Origin: Candidatus Saccharimonadota bacterium
GTDB taxonomy: Bacteria > Patescibacteriota > Saccharimonadia > Saccharimonadales > UBA4665
Direction of reading: 5' to 3'
Assembly: GCA_963716945.1 (NCBI GenBank)
Contig: OY970322.1
Location: forward strand, 780,001-812,000
Length of the DNA: 32,000 bases
The first letter of the stretch is position 1. Every line of letters begins with the position of its first letter. Below, in pieces: positions 27,361 to 32,000 of this stretch. The notes beneath the pieces are model-generated. The model worked only from the letters and a program-made list of their open reading frames with translations, did not search any database and was not told where the DNA came from. A program made the translations under genes and the position numbers.

Positions 27361-29946
27361 ATGGGTAAAAAAGTTACGCGGCTATACGAACAGTTTCAGC
27401 CGGAAAGTTATGATTTAGCGCTCAAACCGGATCCGAAAACTATGAAGTTCTCGGGCACGGTTACCATTCGGGGCCGCAAAACCGGCCGGCCGTCACGGCG
27501 GCTGACATTCCACCAGAAAGGCCTCAAGGTCACCTCGGCCAGCATCATTAAGAATGATAAGAAAGGTGACCAGATACTAGAAGTAGCGCGGATCAACAAC
27601 CAGGACAGTTTCGACGAAGTCCGCTTGCACGCCGCGGACCTGGTCTACCCTGGCGACTACAGCGTGACAATGGATTTCAACGGTGAAATTACGCGGCCTA
27701 TGAACGGTATTTATCCCTGCTTTTTCAAACACGGCGGCAAAGACAAGAAGCTTATTGCCACCCAGTTCGAGAGCCACCATGCCCGCGAAGCCTTTCCCTG
27801 TGTCGACGAGCCGGAAGCCAAGGCGGTCTTCAATTTGACACTGACTTCGCCGGCCGGCGAAACCGTAATCTCCAACACGCCCGCCAAGTCCCAGTCAACC
27901 AAGGGCAAATGGCAGGAAACGACTTTCGAGACGACGCCCCGCATGAGCGCCTACCTGCTGGCATTCGTGTTCGGGGAGATGGGCTATACCGAAGCCAAGA
28001 CCAAGGGCGGCATCACGGTGCGGGCCTACGCCACGCCGGATAATGTCGGCTTGACGGAACACGGCCTGCAAGTGGCCGTCCGCGGGCTGGAGTTTTTCAT
28101 CGATTACTTCGGCGTGCCATACCCGCTTGAGAAACTGGACATGGTCGCCCTGCCCGACTTCAGCGTCGGCGCGATGGAGAACTGGGGCTTGATCACCTAC
28201 CGCGAAACGACCATGCTGGCCGACCCCGAGACCAGCAGTATCGAAAGCAAGCAGCTGGTGGCGCTGGTCGTTTGCCATGAACTCAGCCACCAGTGGTTCG
28301 GCAACCTGGTAACCATGAAGTGGTGGGACGATATCTGGCTCAACGAGAGCTTTGCCAACCTGATGGAATACCGCTCGGTCGAAGCTTTGTATCCCGAATG
28401 GCAAATCTGGGAACAGTTCGTCAGCCACGAAACGGGTAGCGCCAAGCGGCGCGACAGCCTGGAAGACGTCCAGCCGGTCAAAAGCGAAGTCCGCCACCCG
28501 GATGAAATCCACACCATATTCGACCCCTCGATTGTTTACGCCAAGGGCGGGTCGGTACTTTATATGCTCCTGAATTACATCGGCGAAGACGCTTTCCGGG
28601 CCGGCTTGAAAGACTATTTCGAGAAGCACCGTTATGGCAATACGGTGGCGGCTGACTTGTGGCAAGCCTTGGGCGGCGCCAGCCACCACGATATCACCGG
28701 CTTCATGCAGGACTGGCTCTACCGGCCGGGTTATCCGCTGGTGAACGTTGATTGGCAGCCCGGCGCCAAGACGATGAAGCTTGAACAGCGCCGCTTCCTG
28801 AGCAACCCGGCAATTAAGCAAACCGATACCAAGCCCTGGCAGGTGCCTCTGGCCTCCACCTGGGCGCTGGCCGAACCGCTGCTGGCCGAAACGTCGGCCG
28901 TCAATTCGGTCAGCCGGCTAGAAACCGGTGCTCCGTTGCTGCTCAACCATGACGGCCATAGCTACTTCCTGCCGCATTATGTCCAAGCCGCCCACTTGCA
29001 ACAGATCGTAAAGGCTATTAGGGAAGACAAGGTCGATAGTATCGACCGCCTGCTATTGCTGGACAATTACACCATGCTGCAGCGCGGCGGCGTCAGCCAG
29101 ACGACAGAGCTGCTGGAGCTGTTACGGGCCTACGAGCATGAGACCGGCGAAAGTGTCTGGGGCGCGATGGCCACGGCCATCAGCGAAGCCCGGCGTCTAA
29201 CCGAAGGTGACAAAGACGTCGAAGACAAACTGAACAGCCTGATCCGCCAGCTCGTGCTGCCGGTAGTCGAAGAGCTCGGCTGGGACGACCGGCCGGCGGA
29301 TTCCGCCCAAACGTTGCGCCTGCGCGGCCTGGCGCATATTATCGCGTCGGGCGCCGATGTCAAGACGGTCATTGACGAGGGGCTTAGGCGTTTTGCCGCC
29401 TTCAAGCAGCCGGCCGATCTGCCATCAAGTACGCGTTCGGTTATCTATCATATCGCCGCCCGGCACGGTTCCGATGCCGATTTTAATAAGCTCTTGAAGG
29501 TCTACCGCTCGACCCAAAACGCCGATGACCGGGAAGAGCTGGCCAGCGGCCTGACCGGCACCAAAACGCCCAAACACTACAAACAGCTGCTGGGCCTGCT
29601 GACCGGCGAAGAGGTCCGCCGCCAGGACCTGATGCACTGGTTCGCGTGGCTGCTGCGTAACCGCTATAGCCGTACCAGCGCCTGGGAATGGCTGGTCGCG
29701 AACTGGGACTGGATCGAACGGGAGTTCGCCAGTGAGAAAAGCTACGGTTTCTTCGCCCGCTTCGTCGGCAGCGTGTTTACCCGTGAAGCCGAGCTTAAGC
29801 AGTTCCTGGATTTCTTTGAACCCAAGAAAGCGATCGTCGCCCTCAACCGCGATATCGCGCTCGGCGAAGCCGAAATCACCAGCCGCATCGCCTGGCGCAA
29901 ACGCAACGAAAAGGCCGTCAAAACCTGGCTTAAAGCCAACTTCTAG
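27361..29946 (+). CDS. pepN: M1-family aminopeptidase N
   Basis: 861 aa with the GAMEN exopeptidase motif (VGAMENWG), the zinc site HELSHQWFGNLVTMKWWDDIWLNESFA (HEXXH-18-E) and an ERAP1-like helical C-terminal domain. Confidence 0.95.
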   Translation: MGKKVTRLYEQFQPESYDLALKPDPKTMKFSGTVTIRGRKTGRPSRRLTFHQKGLKVTSASIIKNDKKGDQILEVARINNQDSFDEVRLHAADLVYPGDYSVTMDFNGEITRPMNGIYPCFFKHGGKDKKLIATQFESHHAREAFPCVDEPEAKAVFNLTLTSPAGETVISNTPAKSQSTKGKWQETTFETTPRMSAYLLAFVFGEMGYTEAKTKGGITVRAYATPDNVGLTEHGLQVAVRGLEFFIDYFGVPYPLEKLDMVALPDFSVGAMENWGLITYRETTMLADPETSSIESKQLVALVVCHELSHQWFGNLVTMKWWDDIWLNESFANLMEYRSVEALYPEWQIWEQFVSHETGSAKRRDSLEDVQPVKSEVRHPDEIHTIFDPSIVYAKGGSVLYMLLNYIGEDAFRAGLKDYFEKHRYGNTVAADLWQALGGASHHDITGFMQDWLYRPGYPLVNVDWQPGAKTMKLEQRRFLSNPAIKQTDTKPWQVPLASTWALAEPLLAETSAVNSVSRLETGAPLLLNHDGHSYFLPHYVQAAHLQQIVKAIREDKVDSIDRLLLLDNYTMLQRGGVSQTTELLELLRAYEHETGESVWGAMATAISEARRLTEGDKDVEDKLNSLIRQLVLPVVEELGWDDRPADSAQTLRLRGLAHIIASGADVKTVIDEGLRRFAAFKQPADLPSSTRSVIYHIAARHGSDADFNKLLKVYRSTQNADDREELASGLTGTKTPKHYKQLLGLLTGEEVRRQDLMHWFAWLLRNRYSRTSAWEWLVANWDWIEREFASEKSYGFFARFVGSVFTREAELKQFLDFFEPKKAIVALNRDIALGEAEITSRIAWRKRNEKAVKTWLKANF

Positions 29947-29960
29947 GTTCCGTCCAGCAA

Positions 29961-30305
29961 CTAAAATACGTTTTCGACGAAACCGATAACGGCGAAGTCC
30001 GCCCCGGCCAGCTCGACAGCCGACAAGACGTACTCGCCTTTCCATTTGTATTCGTCGACCCACACCCAAGCCGCCCGGCGCATTTGCTTGAGCTTGCCGG
30101 CGGTTATCGCTTCCAGGCCGCCGCCCTGGTCGTCATTGAAGCGGTATTTTACCTCGACGAAATGGATAACGCCGTTTTTGCGCGCGATAATGTCGATTTC
30201 ACAGCGCGGGCGGCGCCAATTCTGCTCGATTATCTCGTAACCGCGCATCTCCAGGTACGCCATGGCGGCTTTTTCGGCCCGGCGGCCGGTCTCGGTCGAA
30301 GTCAT
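29961..30305 (-). CDS. yraN: YraN family (UPF0102) endonuclease-like protein
   Basis: 114 aa. ..GRRAEKAAMAYLEMRGYEIIEQNWRRPRCEIDIIA..VHFVEVKYR.. is the typical YraN restriction-endonuclease-like core. It lies immediately downstream of rnhB. Confidence 0.85.
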   Translation of the reverse strand: MTSTETGRRAEKAAMAYLEMRGYEIIEQNWRRPRCEIDIIARKNGVIHFVEVKYRFNDDQGGGLEAITAGKLKQMRRAAWVWVDEYKWKGEYVLSAVELAGADFAVIGFVENVF

Positions 30306-30309
30306 GCGC

Positions 30310-30873
30310 TCATTGTACCAAAGCCCGGACCGGCTTGAACGACCGGCGGTGCAGGTCGCTGACTCCGTACAGCTTCAACCTTTCGAGGTGCAGCGCCGTA
30401 CCGTAGCCGACATGGCGGTCAAAGCCGTAGTCCGGATAGTCACCCTTTATCCCGGCCATATACCTGTCACGCGCGACCTTGGCAATAATGCTGGCAGCAC
30501 TGACAGCCAGCACGCTGGCGTCGGCCTTGACAATAGTCTTCACGTTCGGCTTGTCGGGTAAGAAATTAAAGTTACCGTCGATGATAATTTCATCATACTC
30601 CAGCGTTATTTGTTCGAGGGCCCGGCGCATGGCCAAACCGACGGCCGCCGTCAGACCGATTTCGTCAATTTCGGCCGGCGCGACCCAGCCCAGGCCGATA
30701 GCGGCGGCCTCGGTCTCGATGATAGCCGAAAGCTCTTGCCGGCGCTTCTTGCCTAATTGCTTGGAATCGGCCAAGCCAGCTATCGGTTGGCCAATAACCA
30801 CCGCCCCGGCCACTACAGGTCCGGCCCAACAGCCGCGGCCGACCTCGTCAATGCCCACTGTCGGTAATTGCAT
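30310..30873 (-). CDS. rnhB: Ribonuclease HII
   Basis: 187 aa with the GIDEVGRGCWAGPVV catalytic motif, DSKQL and ASIIAKV. It ends at a TGA stop codon. Confidence 0.9.
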   Translation of the reverse strand: MQLPTVGIDEVGRGCWAGPVVAGAVVIGQPIAGLADSKQLGKKRRQELSAIIETEAAAIGLGWVAPAEIDEIGLTAAVGLAMRRALEQITLEYDEIIIDGNFNFLPDKPNVKTIVKADASVLAVSAASIIAKVARDRYMAGIKGDYPDYGFDRHVGYGTALHLERLKLYGVSDLHRRSFKPVRALVQ

Positions 30874-30879
30874 ACTCCC

Positions 30880-30888
30880 AGTTTAGCA
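30880..30888 (-). promoter_or_regulatory. Extended -10 element TGCTAAACT, 6 nt upstream of the rnhB ATG (leaderless geometry)
   Basis: The minus strand reads TGCTAAACT-GGGAGT-ATG. The 9-mer is identical to the one upstream of radA. Confidence 0.4.
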
Positions 30889-30918
30889 GTTGCCAAATTA
30901 AGCGACCTTAGCTTATGC

Positions 30919-30947
30919 TTGTACACAAAGATGTTTTGTTATATAAT
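30919..30947 (+). promoter_or_regulatory. Promoter TTGTAC-17-TATAAT, 8 nt to the ATG at 30956 (leaderless geometry)
   Basis: The plus strand reads TTGTAC (30919..30924), a 17-nt spacer, TATAAT (30942..30947), aaagactc, then ATG. Confidence 0.5.
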
Positions 30948-30955
30948 AAAGACTC

Positions 30956-31714
30956 ATGGTTTCAGCTATAAGAGCAGTGGAAAGAAGTTTGGACGCCGTA
31001 TCCAGCGGCGGAGATGTCGGGCAGCGAATAGCCGAAATACAGGCCGTTGAGAACCGGGCCAAGCGGGCCGGGCTGCTAGCCGTACACGCGGCCGTGGTAC
31101 GCTTTCCGGACCTCTTCGCCAACCAGCTAGGCCTTAATTATCACCCGCCCGAATTCCCCCATGTAGACCAAGGCTTACAATCAGACGTCTACCGCCTGGA
31201 TGAAGGCCGGGTGCTAAAAGTTATCAAACATGAAAGCACGGATGAGGAACAAGCCCAAATGGCTAGCCAACTCCGGCACGAGCACGCCGAGATGGCCAGG
31301 TATATCGGACCGGCAGTACTGCCTCACACGATTTTTGTGGGCCGCCACCCGATTGCCCGGGGACGCAATGCCGTCCAGATTATTCAGCCGTACCGGGAAA
31401 TCGATTTCCTGAAGCTAAGCGACGACGAAGAAAGCACCGATCAGTTACGTGAACGGTTGCTTGAAGCCGAATCCGGCCACCCACGCGTTATATCTGAATT
31501 GGCTACCATCGTCCAAGGCGGCCGGGCGTTGGCTCAAGCCGAGGATCATTTAGTAATTGATATCGTAGGCAGAAATGTCGGCATTAACCGGCAAAGCGAC
31601 CGGGTGGAAATTGTCGACAGCCAGCCAGTACCCCTAGAAAGACCCGACCATCATGCCCTGGCCACCTGGCATTTGGAAAGATTGGAAGCTACGCTCGAGA
31701 GTTTAGCGGCTTAG
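30956..31714 (+). CDS. Hypothetical protein (252 aa), possibly an atypical protein-kinase-like fold
   Basis: Order-consistent weak kinase-like motifs: VLKVIK (beta3 Lys), EHAEM (alphaC Glu), IIQPY (hinge), IDIVGRNVGI (D..N catalytic loop), EIVD (DFG-like Asp). This rests on motif resemblance only. Confidence 0.35.
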   Translation: MVSAIRAVERSLDAVSSGGDVGQRIAEIQAVENRAKRAGLLAVHAAVVRFPDLFANQLGLNYHPPEFPHVDQGLQSDVYRLDEGRVLKVIKHESTDEEQAQMASQLRHEHAEMARYIGPAVLPHTIFVGRHPIARGRNAVQIIQPYREIDFLKLSDDEESTDQLRERLLEAESGHPRVISELATIVQGGRALAQAEDHLVIDIVGRNVGINRQSDRVEIVDSQPVPLERPDHHALATWHLERLEATLESLAA

Positions 31715-32000
31715 TCGGTTTTGGCTTCGGCTTCTTCGTGGCGGGCTTGGACGGCGGCGGCTTTGGCCTCGAGTTCGGCTTCTTCCTTGGCTTTAGCTTC
31801 GGCCTTGGCGGCGGCTTCGGCGGCCTTGGCGGCATGGAGCTTGGCTTCTTCAGCCTCCAGCGCTTCGTCATGGACTGCGTTAACGGCTTCGCGATCGAAG
31901 TCGACACCGGTCATACGGGCCGATTTGCCGGTACGCTGGCGCATGTAGCTAAGATAATTGCGGCGGACCTTGCTGCGCTTGGTAACTTCTACCTGGACTA
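31711..32000 (-). CDS. rplS: 50S ribosomal protein L19 (C-terminal part; N-terminus beyond the window) with a roughly 65-aa Ala/Glu/Lys-rich C-terminal extension
   Basis: The reverse strand reads VQVEVTKRSKVRRNYLSYMRQRTGKSARM, matching the L19 C-terminal signature (..VRRAKLYYLR...GKAARI..). It is followed by DEALEAEEAKLHAAKAAEAAAKAEAKAKEEAELEAKAAA.. Confidence 0.85.
   Translation of the reverse strand, partial: VQVEVTKRSKVRRNYLSYMRQRTGKSARMTGVDFDREAVNAVHDEALEAEEAKLHAAKAAEAAAKAEAKAKEEAELEAKAAAVQARHEEAEAKTD

Overview
The window is a GC-rich (about 60% by eye), densely packed housekeeping region, and about 21 of 25 genes lie on the minus strand. Gene content and compact, scrambled synteny suggest a streamlined Gram-positive-type or CPR/Patescibacteria-like (Saccharibacteria-like) genome. 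That placement is inference; no database search was possible.

Minus-strand genes, in coordinate order:
- rpoC (5' end) and rpoB
- clpP, a 132-aa orphan and tig
- a DUF457-like membrane protein and hisS
- a small membrane protein and tRNA-Leu(UAG)
- rsmD, an alpha-helical His-rich protein and recG
- a low-GC 362-aa orphan, a SAM methyltransferase and tyrS
- radA, a membrane HEXXH protein and clpC
- a 196-aa orphan, nusA and a lipoprotein
- yraN, rnhB and rplS (3' part)

Plus-strand genes are a Pro-rich membrane protein, a class A PBP, pepN and a kinase-like orphan.

I found no CRISPR array, mobile element, prophage or rRNA, and no convincing multi-gene novel system.

Most notable observations:
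1. rpoB and clpC are each shattered by multiple 1-nt indels (rpoB also has an in-frame TGA), while every other gene is intact.
2. Perfect-consensus CIRCE (HrcA) operators overlap the -35 boxes of both the clpP and clpC promoters.
3. There is a consistent promoter grammar: a TGCTAnAnT extended -10, with many -10 boxes only 6-10 nt from the ATG, implying leaderless mRNAs.
4. A roughly 1.1-kb low-GC orphan gene sits between recG and a methyltransferase.
5. Several housekeeping proteins carry unusual features: TyrRS with TIGN in place of HIGH, an acidic C-terminal tail on RpoB, and an Ala/Glu/Lys tail on L19.
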